Positions 53,701 to 64,000 of a DNA stretch of 64,000 nucleotides are shown here, one piece after another (position 1 is the stretch's first letter; the number at the start of each line of letters is the position of its first letter). A program made the translations under genes and the position numbers. The notes under the pieces were generated by a model that saw nothing but the letters and a program-made list of their open reading frames with translations, searched no databases and was not told the DNA's origin. The stretch is from Tubulanus polymorphus (taxonomy: Eukaryota > Animalia > Nemertea), in contig NC_134031.1 of NCBI RefSeq assembly GCF_964204645.1, positions 3,410,001 to 3,474,000 of the forward strand, given 5' to 3'.

Positions 53701-54190
53701 ACAGATTACCTGGAAAACTCTCCGAATCAGGAAATGATTTATGAAAAATGAATAAATTGTAACATTTTAAACCAAGAAATTTCTCCATTCACCTGTTGCA
53801 GATTCAGTCGGATTCAAATTTTGTGTTATAACATGGAATGCTCAGGGAATTTGTAAATAAGGGGAAGTGGCCATACTGTTGATTTATTATTTGTCGTTAG
53901 GTGATAAAACCAACCAATTTTATATAGATCGCTGGAGCTTGTAGAAGTAGTTAGAAGTTCCAATCGATTTGTTGAGGATTGCGTAATACGGTTCTTCTTC
54001 ATTGTCATTTTCAGAAACTATGCAGCCGAAGCCGGGCAGCGTTGCTATGATGCAAATAGACTGCGAGGTTCATAATACACGCTTGATTCACGTCACCGAA
54101 TCCGTCATTCCTACGCAACATCAATCGTCGACATCGCGAGCTGCTGCTGCTAACAAATCCAAATCGAAATGGAACGAAGAAACCCCTTGA
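42998..54190 (+). CDS. ATF6: ATF6 membrane-bound bZIP transcription factor, 13 coding exons
   Basis: Exons 42998-43073, 48466-48566, 48864-49013, 49408-49888, 50502-50704, 51002-51079, 51407-51514, 51870-51964, 52252-52539, 52940-53116, 53215-53326, 53405-53489, 54015-54190. Motifs: N-terminal [12 protein letters not shown]; b[26 protein letters not shown]; TM; luminal [48 protein letters not shown]. Confidence 0.95.
44706..44747. repeat. (ATT)n microsatellite
   Basis: Imperfect ATT run; another at 57030-57066. Confidence 0.9.
48645..48833. repeat. 33-bp minisatellite (about 6 units) in ATF6 intron 2
   Basis: aa(a/g)atgtacatactttctgttttcttgatatac repeated; explains the repetitive ORFs in the track. 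Confidence 0.92.
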
Positions 54191-56134
54191 GGCAGCGTTT
54201 TTATGTAGAAGAGAATTGATTTTTTTTTTCAGTGTTCAACAGCATTTGATACATGTTTTATGTGCTATGTATTCATTTCTGTAATTTTTAACCATTTCAT
54301 GTGTGTTTATGAACAAACACAATAAGCAGACAGATTTGAGCGAACAGCTCTGGTAATCAATGAGGTCATCATCCAGAGCAAACAGATCTGTCAATCAATA
54401 AGGTCATCATCCGGAGCAGACGGATCTGTCAATTCAGGATGTTTTTAGTAAAAGTTCATTCATTCAAACCTGGTTTCATAACAGATACTGAATTCAATTT
54501 ATTGAATTTCACGACAAGCAGTGATGAATTTTTTTCCATTTCTGTACTGCTAGTCGACTAGCATAGTATAAAAATTAGCAATGTATTTAAGGGGAAATTT
54601 ATGGAGATCCTTACGCTTCTTAGAATCCATAAGGGTTGTGGATTCTTTGAAAATGCGAGTTTCAACTGCATTTTATTACAATGATTATTCATGTATACCA
54701 CCATTTACCATCAACCCGTTCTCGATCATATCTTATAATAATGAGTGAAATGGTAGGTTGTTTGTTTTTTGTAATAAAAATTGTCTGATTTTAATGGAAA
54801 TTTTCTAGAATAAACCCAAAATGGGTGCGTCTGAAGTATGTATTTTTATATCGCGAGTTAGTGTAGGTAATAAAAATGAGGAATGAAAATGTGGCGATAC
54901 TTTTCATCTCGTTCAGAAAAGTTGTATCTATAAAGGATTATAAATGAAAATGTTTTAATGGATTCTAAATGGTTTTCTATGTGTTTGACGCGTTGTACAT
55001 TACGTGAAAACTATAACTTATTTATTATAAAAAATCATTACTATTGATAATAATGATATTATCATTATTCAGATTATTGATGTTGACTATTGGTACGTGA
55101 TGTGATGATGTAGTTAGCGTTTGTTTTCTATATAAGAGTTTATATAGAGTTTAACACTATTGAAATGCTGTTAGAGCACGATACAGGGATAATTCGCTGT
55201 ATGAACACTTTGAGCTGTGTTTTCTGTATGTGAACTGATGTAGCTGCACCTGCCCAGGTGCCATTCAGATGATGTCAGTTTTTACCCTCCTTTGTTTTCC
55301 CTGATCTATAGATGTATTCTATACGTTGTTTCTGACGTGCTTCGAAGCGAGCGTTATTGATTTCATCCCTATTTTCGAAACTTTTCTGTCTTATAATCGA
55401 TAATGTCTGAGTCACGCGAGTAAAAAGTTTTGGTAAGTCGAGTTGGTATGTTTAACACCAACTCAGTCAAACACATTGGAGTTTCTACATCAGTCCATTC
55501 TCCGACTCAAAGTCTAAGTTGACTTCCAAAGTGATAGCTTGAAACTTGACCGATCACAAAACCAAACGAGACATGAGCTTATGATGGGCTCGCCTTGACG
55601 ATTTCCAAAGCTTCAGCTTCTGTATATTGAATAACATCTCAAGTTTGCCTTTTTGTCTGGCATGTCTTGTACAAGTAATTCAATTACTAATGACATTATT
55701 ATCATTATATTGAGCTCAGTTATAAGGAAATCCCCAATTTTAAACCGCACCAAATGAATGGATTTCTCTACTGTTAACTGTTATAGATTAAGCAAATTTG
55801 GTTTTTGTTTATGATTTCGTTGCTTCTTTTCATACGTTAGTTCTTCGCGATAAAAAGCTGGATTCCTCCGAAAGCTCTTCAAGTCTATTCTGTTCTTCCA
55901 TCGTTTTAATATCTCTAGCAGTATTTTCTTCCTGACTTTTATTTCCATTTTTTGATACTTTTCTTTTTACTTCGTGAAAATGCTATACATTGAATTACGC
56001 ACTGTTCCGACGATGTTCACAAACTACTTTACAATTAGACTCGAAACAAATCAACGATCAACTTGGGAGATTTGTTGAGAAACCTTTCTAGCCTTTCTGT
56101 AAGTTCATGCTTTATAATCTTAGATATCAATCTG

Positions 56135-56243
56135 GACCCAGTTCCACAGTTGTGAGTTAGAGTTAACTCTTGAGTTAAAGTTAGTTCATTTTCAATGAGT
56201 TAATTCGGAGTCAAATCTTAACTCAGAACTGTGGAACTGGACC
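56135..56243. mobile_element. MITE, 'GGACCCAGTTCCACAGTT' family
   Basis: TIRs gacccagttccacagtt / aactgtggaactggacc; CTG and CAG flanks. Confidence 0.8.
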
Positions 56244-59200
56244 CAGGTTGGACAAATCCCAAAAAGAATTTGAATTGAGTTGAGTCTATTGTATTGAATT
56301 CTCTGTTACACAATGAATTGATTGAAATAAGGGTTTTGAGAGTGATTATACTGTTGTAAGTAGTATATACTCGTGGCAAATTTGCGATGGGTGATTAATT
56401 TATAAGCCAGTTACAGCATTTAAAGGTAGGATTTAATGGTGACTAAAGCGATCTCTGGCTTAATGATAACCAGTCTTTAAACGGTCTTCACTGTTTTTTG
56501 GTTTTACTTAACCGGTATTTGACTAAATCGATTCGTCGAAAAATGTAACCCGAAAACAGATAGTAACAATTTTATACGTTAAATACTGAGATTAATTTGA
56601 TAAAGAATTGATCGACTCGGTCACATCATTTTCACTCGCATGAATTTGTAGCGAAAGGCATTGCAAGACTCTGCCTCCAGTACAAACCTCTGCCACGGGT
56701 ATTTGAGCAACAAATTTGTATACTGGTAGTTTGAATTCAAATGAAATGATGCAATATCTGATTAGCTTCTGATGATGTTGTCATCTTATTACCCTATATG
56801 ATTATAAAATAATATCATTTCCATAAGTGAATATCTGCCTACCCTGTCGTCTAGGGTTTGGTTTGGCACTACGGCAGAGTCTCGCAATATCATCAGGTTC
56901 AGATCCATATGCACAGAAGGCAGTATTGGATGAAAACTGGGACGGAAAAGTCATTTACTTACAAAAAGATGATTTACTTCAGAAGGTTTTGTATGCATAC
57001 GTGTAAATATCAAGCCAGAATTTCAACTGGTATTATTATTATATTTATTATTATTATTATTATTATATAAAACTTAAGCTGGGTGTAGGTCAGCCTTGTG
57101 ACATTGACAAGTGCTGAAAATTGAAACCAGTTACAGCATTTAAAGATAGGATTTAATGGCAACTTATGCAATGAACTACGCGCTCTCGTGACTGCCAGTT
57201 GAGTGCTGCATGTTCTACTTTCTACAATGCGACTGACAGAGAATAGTCGAACACTGTTGCTAACAATCTTTGACTTATGAAATCATTTGCGCCCAGTAAC
57301 ATCTGATCGCATTGCGTCACAAGTCAATCTACACCGGCCTTTACGTACTCGTTTTTTATGTCAGGCACTGCGTTGGTAGTACGTGTATTTTTCTGCTGTT
57401 TCTATGGTGATAACGGTGTTAGGTGCAAGGGTCTGATCTCAAAAACTTTCCATATTATATTTACGCATACTTAATACTTGATACCATTAAATCTATACTC
57501 GATGAGTTTAAAACTTTCCTAGAAAAAAAACTTACGAAACCCATTAAACAAAATAATGTATCGATAAGATGGTTCGTTTTTCGATGTAAAATCAATTGAA
57601 ATTCAGTTGAAATGCTGTGGGTCACAACGGCGTGTTTGGGAAACCTGATTCTTATACATTGTATTGATCATGATTGGGTTTAATAGATATTTGAAACGAA
57701 ATTTTGGTCCCGAAGGCGATTCCATTATTTTTGTTTGAATTATCCTAAATATATATATATATATGTATGTATACATATTGTCAGTATATTTGATGTACAT
57801 AAAACAAATTAATATATAATAAATTATATCTGGTTTCGTATACACTCTTTACGGTATATATACGAAAAATATTTATTTAGATTTTTTTTCGGTCGAAATT
57901 ATTCAATTTTCTATATCGTGACCGGAAATATTTTGTACAGGTCACAAAGAATGAAAAAGATTTGGGAGCGGAATTTTTGAAAGAATGGATGTAGATTTTA
58001 CGTAAGAATGATGATGTAATTTTGTTTCGATTGAACCATGTAATGCATTTTTGATAGTTCTCGTGCTCAATACGCGTACAAACTGCTTTAGACCCGACAG
58101 TGCCTTTGCGCTTCTTCTATCTTATCGGAACTATAGTTTCTAAGCGTTTTCCTCGTACAATGATAATCCTGTGAAATTTTATAGAACTGTTTATAAGGGA
58201 ATCTTAACCGATATGAGTTGTTGGTCGACTGCCAGCGTTGTAAAGTTATCGAATTATCTAGCCTCGAAATAAATCATATAAATTACAACATTATTATGAA
58301 TACGCTATTAGATATTGTAAAATTGAAATAAACAAAATGGAGCACCATTTTTGCGTCGAATTAATCCTTTATCCAGTTTGGAAGATATTTTGAAAATATA
58401 CATTTCTTTATTTCTATGGCAATGTATTGTAATCGTTTTCATATCTTATTATTATATATGAAATTGTCTTTTGTATCAAGGTCACTGAGGCCAAAAATGC
58501 ACCAGATTTTAACTGTAGTTATTATCGCTCCATGTTACAACTGTTTTGCTGGTTTCTAAATAGTAAGAAACTATTCCCACATCTCAGCTAAACAACTTGC
58601 ATCCGACGTCACTAAATATCTCTCTCCTGACCAGTTTTTTCTGGACAAATTTCTGCAACGAAAAAGAGATGCAAATTCTAAACTATTCCACAGTTCCACA
58701 GTTTCAGTTATTCTAACTGTAGATTGTGGAATCAGTCCTGAATTTCCTCCAGATTTTGGTGGGAAAATGATATAACACGTCAGACGTCAAATGTAGGACC
58801 TGTTGTAGGTTTTTGAAGTATGTTTTTTTCGTCCATCATATATAAATTTGTGTCTATGCAACTGTTCTAGGTGTATGGTACATTCGCTGTGTGTAACACA
58901 CTTCATTTACATCATTATACGATATCCGTTGTTTCCGAATAAAATGATTTAATTACAAAAAAAAATATGATCTCTATTTTTCTGGGATTTGTGCAGTCGT
59001 CTGAGATTGTTCCAGAATTATCATCCATATTGTCGCAAACCATTTGTCAAAATCTGACAACTCGAGATTTACGCGTAGGTCTATTATTATTGAAATGTAC
59101 TGTAGCAGTAATAGCCCTTTCTCGCTATGAATTCCCCGCTATAAAACCACCAACCACCAATAAATACGCCACCAGCTTGACGGACCGGTTTTGGTATAGT

Positions 59201-60160
59201 TCGCAAATGATGTATTAAGTAATGTGTATGTTGCCGCGAGGGCTCTGTCTCTGACACATATAGACCCTTCTTATCGATACTTTAGCTTATTACGAAGTAT
59301 TAACGGGCCTCATTTAACTATATTACGTATTGATGTGGATCTATAAATTAGCTGGACGCAGTTCAAATAGTTAGATGAGGGACAAACTCTAGAGTCCTTT
59401 TTACAGATCTCCAATAGAACCATTTACGGTACATGTACAAAATGAAGGTCAGGTATAGAAAATCCAAAAGATAGGGCAAAGTGCACGGAAGGCAATCATC
59501 CAAAGCCACTTACTTGTATCGGGCTATTCAAGACCAGGGCAATTTTCCTGACACATGCAGACAATAAACTAAAAGGCACAGATTTTCTGAGAAAATATTA
59601 TTGAATTTCTATTCTATTTATCAAAGTTTCTTATAAAATACAAAATACATACAATAACAATACATGTACAATGGACGACTGTTCTGAAGTTTTCTACACT
59701 TAATTCTAAAATTTTTGTCATAGAAATATACAACTGAGTAGCAACCCACATATTTCAATTTTCAGCAAATTTGGCTGATATCTAATATTCTTCTAATGAC
59801 TATTTTTCTATAATTGAGTACCGGTACCACTAGCAATCAAAGTTTTGGGTTTTTCAATATATAGAACAACTACAATTTTGTTGAAGTACAAAATCATAGG
59901 TTTCTGACTAAATAAAAATATCAGGTCTTTGTCAAAAGACAGATATGGTAACACAAAAAACATTCTAGAAATGTAGGACATCACATCATTTTAGCCATCG
60001 AGGCTTGGATATGAAATCGTATTTCCAACAAATTTACATTTACCGTATCAACTTAATTTTCAGTAGGAAAACTTAACCTTAATTTCGTTTCAATATCAAA
60101 TCATATTCTAAACAGATCTTTCGATATTTGTTGCCACATGCAGAACGTCTGACCACCGCT

Positions 60161-61021
60161 TCATAGTCCTTTCTTAAATGCGAGCACTCCGATGATAAGA
60201 ATCAACTCAAAAACTGCCGGCAGAGCGTTACAAAAACCGAACAACAACCAAAATTGATCTGAAGGCCACACCTCAAATACGAATAACGTCAAAGACACCG
60301 ACGCGCTGAAGTGAGCACCGATCGCTGACATGTAGTTAAGGGAGAGATAACTTCGCTGAAAAATTAAGGCTACAATCCAATGATGAATAATTTACTACAA
60401 AATTCTGTGAAGGAATTTTTTGCAATCTTGTTTTTGAAAAGGATACATAATAAGCTTTGAGTCGGCATGAACATCGAGACGCCGCCGAAAAATCCACCGA
60501 ACTCGACGAGAAAAAGAGCCAACGCTATGGACAGTCCGATTATCAGTCTGAAAGATAAAGTCCACAAAATGATTGGTATATTTCAAGTAAAATGATTGCC
60601 TGTAAGTAAACCAAAACATTTAACTTTAAGAAACACTAAAAAAAAAAATGGTTAAGTACATTTTAAGTAAGTTCTATCCGGATGAATATTTCACATAGTT
60701 TAATTGCACATAGCATATGGGCCTGATCCCTGCTGTGCACCCTCCCATAAGTTTGGGAGTTCATTTGTCTCAAGCACTTACTCTGTATCTTTCTGCGTAT
60801 ACTGTTCAGGTGTATATGCTCCAAAATTTGCTCTCACGTTCGGATCCTGAAATTGCAAATTAATCGATATAGTCTCTGTCTCTGATGTCAGTGCAGGTGA
60901 AAAAGTGAAATGATGTGGAATATTTTCAAAAACTTACCCGAGACCAGAATATAATGATTAAAATCACCATATGCGCAGTCATGGTCAGGAACCTAGCGGG
61001 TACCATTCCTGAGAGAGACAT
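60161..61021 (-). CDS. TMEM107: Transmembrane protein 107 (ciliary transition zone), 4 exons
   Basis: Exons 61021-60938, 60846-60782, 60547-60447, 60324-60161: MSLSGMVPARFLTMTAH...FWSRDPNV...GFFGGVSMF...SIGAHFSASV...FGFCNALPA. Confidence 0.93.
60325..60446 (-). other. U12-type (minor spliceosome) GT-AG intron
   Basis: 5' splice site GTATCCTTT and branch site CCCTTAAC 10 nt before the exon, without a polypyrimidine tract. Confidence 0.9.
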
Positions 61022-61613
61022 CTTTGCTTTTGAAGATTATTTTTTGATTGTCGAGAAAATACAGACTCGCTTATAATTTTGATACGAGAGGAGAGTTGAG
61101 ACGGTTGCTAACGTAAACAAATTCAAAATAGCATTTCTCCCGAGAAATTCTCCAGAATAAACTCAAATAACTAAATTCTTAGTGATAAAATTTCAACTAC
61201 TTGGTCTTAAATTCACGCTTAGATAGTTGTTGGGTTTGAAAGGTGAGAATTCTGACTGATATGGGAACTAAGGCGATTATTTTCTGAAATTTTTTGATCC
61301 GAAAAATTCACCGACCGTCCACCATTTTGTAACATTTGAGTCACGTGATTGAGACGTACTGTAACGCAAAAAGAAGGCAACCAATAATTTTGTTCTCTCA
61401 AAAATAGGGTAATTTTGATTGAGTGGTCATTAACTAAAATAGCTCTCGTATTTTGATGCCTGATTGAAAGTGGTGAAAAGATTCTTATTTGTAATTTGTT
61501 ATAATTTGATGTATTGAAAAAATCGCCACTCTATCGACGAGGAGGCGGAAGTAATTTGCCGACGACGCATGCGCAGTGCTGCGGGCCACGTATGAAACTA
61601 CAACTCGGCGAAA
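61022..61613. promoter_or_regulatory. Bidirectional promoter TMEM107/COPB2
   Basis: Divergent ATGs about 590 bp apart. X-box-like GTTGCTAACGTAAAC near TMEM107; ETS GCGGAAGT, NRF1-like GCATGCGCA and GCCACGT near COPB2. Confidence 0.65.
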
Positions 61614-64000
61614 ATGGTAAATATTTCAATATTTCTTGACATTTACGAAGCTTTCGAGTGATTACGAATTCCAACGGATTATCGGGGATAAAGATGGTAA
61701 CGAGAAGAAATAGACGAAACGTGAAAACGTCGATTGTGTCGACGTGGTTCTGGTTTAAAGTGTTAAAAACGTCACTGGAAATGTCAATATTTCACTTCCT
61801 GGTTCGGTCCCCTAATTTCTTGGTGATCGAAGAAAGAGATATGTCAGAATGTGTGAATCAGTAAAACTGAGTAGTTATAAAAATGACCGTTTCACACAAT
61901 TAAGTTGATACGAAATTGATGAATTAGAAATGAAATAGTAAAACAATTTTTTTGGTTGTTCAAAAAAGGAAAATCTGACTGTCTGTCAGTGACACTGACA
62001 GTGTCCTGTTCAGTGTGGTGAATAGCTGTACCTTCTTCAATTAAGATTAGACAATTTACATAAAGACATTGATTACGAGGTCTTAGTCGAACGTTGCTAC
62101 AGGGATACTTTATTAATATTCTGAGAGTTATTAACACTCTGTACAGACTGAAACTATAGATAATAGTATTACAATAATTATATTATCCCTGCAGCAACAT
62201 TCGAAGTCTATGATGATATGATTTTATACCAACTTTATATTAATGTTAACAAAATATTGGATTGCAAAACTGCAATTTGAAATTTACTGTAGTTAATGCC
62301 TTACAATGCATTACTCTAGAAAAAGCTGAAGAAAAAAAATAGGGATTTTTTTTCTTAGTATAGTATGGTATAGTATACCATTAGGGTTAGAAGAAGGGTC
62401 CAAGTAAGATTTTAGGGTTTATATTAGAGATAGGGGGCCTATTTGTTTGGGGATCTTTCGTGATCTAATCATACTTATTAATTCAATAATTATTCACCTA
62501 ATTAGATCAATAATTATACACCTAATTAAGGCAGAGAGACCAAATCTAATCAGGTGTTTGGAACTAGGTCCAGAATATATGGCATGGGATACTCTGGGTT
62601 TGAAACCATAACCTTGGTATCTACGAGTTAAAACAATCCGGCAAGACCACCCTGAAATTAATTCAATATTATTTCATCTTTATTTTCAGCCTCTTCGACT
62701 GGATATTAAGCGTAAGTTGTCAGCTCGGTCTGACCGAGTAAAATGTGTTGATCTTCACCCTAGTGAACCGTGGATGTTGGCTAGTTTGTACAACGGTAAC
62801 GTTCACATCTGGAATCATGAATCACAGGTAATTGAGAAGTGATAACTTTCTGTTGAAACTTGAAATTGCTCTAAACATTATATCCGGTAATTATATGGGC
62901 GGATGATTAGAATATGTGGGCAGATTTCCAGCTGGGCCAAATTTTGAATTGGTATCTGAGAATTTTCAAATTTCACTCAATAAATTCATATATTACCCTT
63001 TCGACTGATGAATGAAAATGGAATTGCCGGTATATATTAGAAAATATGAACATTTGTGGATGGGACCAAAGCACTTCTTTATTTTCCTTTCAGCAATTGA
63101 TCAAATCGTTTGAAGTTTGTGATTTACCAGTACGTACTGCTAGGTTCATTGCCAGAAAAAATTGGGTCGTCACTGGATCGGTAAGTTCAAGTATTGATTT
63201 ATTTCGGAGCATATTTCATCCATCTCGTACTGCTCAAGCCTGTACAATTATATTGATATTTAGATTTTTTGTTGGCTGTAAAATGAAAAATTTCAGTATT
63301 TCACTGAGAGATGAGATTTTGCTAGTTAAATCCCAAACTGAATTTTCTGCTTTCCTGTAGATAATAAGATCCTCAATATTTCGAAGGTTTTTACTTGGTG
63401 TTTGGCCTGTAATGTTGGTGGGATTTTACAAGGCTTCCCAGTACTTTGGTTTCAAAATTGCATGTTGCCGCTGTTATTTTTCAGGATGATATGCAAGTTC
63501 GAGTGTTCAATTATAATACGCTAGAAAGAGTTCATCAATTTGAATCTCATTCTGATTATTTGAGGTGCATCGCGGTTCATCCAACGCAACCATACATTTT
63601 AACCAGTAGTGGTAAGTAATGCAGCTATCGTCATCTCTTATTGGTCAGTTAGGCCTTGTTGAAAATACTTGTTCATAGGCTAATAAAAATTGCTCTGAAA
63701 TGGACGTCATTTGGATTCATATTTCGTACTGTTAACTGAAATCTGTTATTCAAAGATTCGCGTATTGATTTTTGTACAGTTAACTGAATTGGCGGACAAT
63801 TGAAATTGATTAAAAATTTGATACAGTAATCTCGGCATTATTCGGCTTTCTCGTGTTATAGATGATATGTTGATCAAACTGTGGGATTGGGATAAGAAAT
63901 GGATCTGTACTCAAGTGTTTGAGGGTCATACTCATTACGTCATGCAGATCGTCATCAATCCGAAAGATAACAATACGTTCGCCAGCGCTTCACTCGACAG
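61614..64000 (+). CDS. COPB2: Coatomer subunit beta' (5' part; continues past the window end)
   Basis: Exons 61614-61616 (ATG only), 62690-62827, 63094-63180, 63485-63611, 63862 to beyond 64000: [37 protein letters not shown]...[34 protein letters not shown]...[10 protein letters not shown]. Confidence 0.97.

Noticed and set aside
54191-58960. Very long ATF6 3'UTR ending at AATAAA 58938
   Set aside because: Several earlier AATAAA signals exist; the transcript end cannot be determined from sequence.
58950-60160. U8 snoRNA (lies at the 3' end of vertebrate TMEM107)
   Set aside because: No recognisable U8 or box C/D pattern by eye; an Infernal search would be needed to exclude it.

Overview
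AT-rich, intron-containing animal DNA, probably an invertebrate (species not determinable from this sequence). Hand-spliced protein-coding genes, left to right: 5' exons of a calsyntenin (-, runs off the left edge); an intronless LRR-Ig type I membrane protein (+); two paralogous small two-TM ORFs (+, the first interrupted by an in-frame TGA); an 11-exon FATP/SLC27A acyl-CoA synthetase (-); CACYBP (+); mRpL51 (+); a small Rieske-domain protein (+); ATF6 (+, 13 coding exons); TMEM107 (-, with a U12-type intron); and the 5' exons of COPB2 (+, runs off the right edge). Three of these pairs are head-to-head. Non-coding DNA is rich in short non-autonomous DNA transposons. The most unusual observations are: a cluster of minimal hammerhead-ribozyme-like motifs at 12.9-13.5 kb; a Cys-aligned TGA plus an imperfect SECIS-like hairpin in one orphan membrane-protein paralogue (selenoprotein or pseudogene); four different CWG-flanked MITEs stacked in one intron; a fold-back of two RTE-LINE fragments around a minisatellite; a TIR element carrying tRNA-like and telomere-like sequence; a second branch/acceptor in the TMEM107 minor intron; and a probable alternative first exon and degron/SUMO cassette in ATF6. 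No database searches or folding programs were run. Family names and human gene locations come from recalled knowledge.
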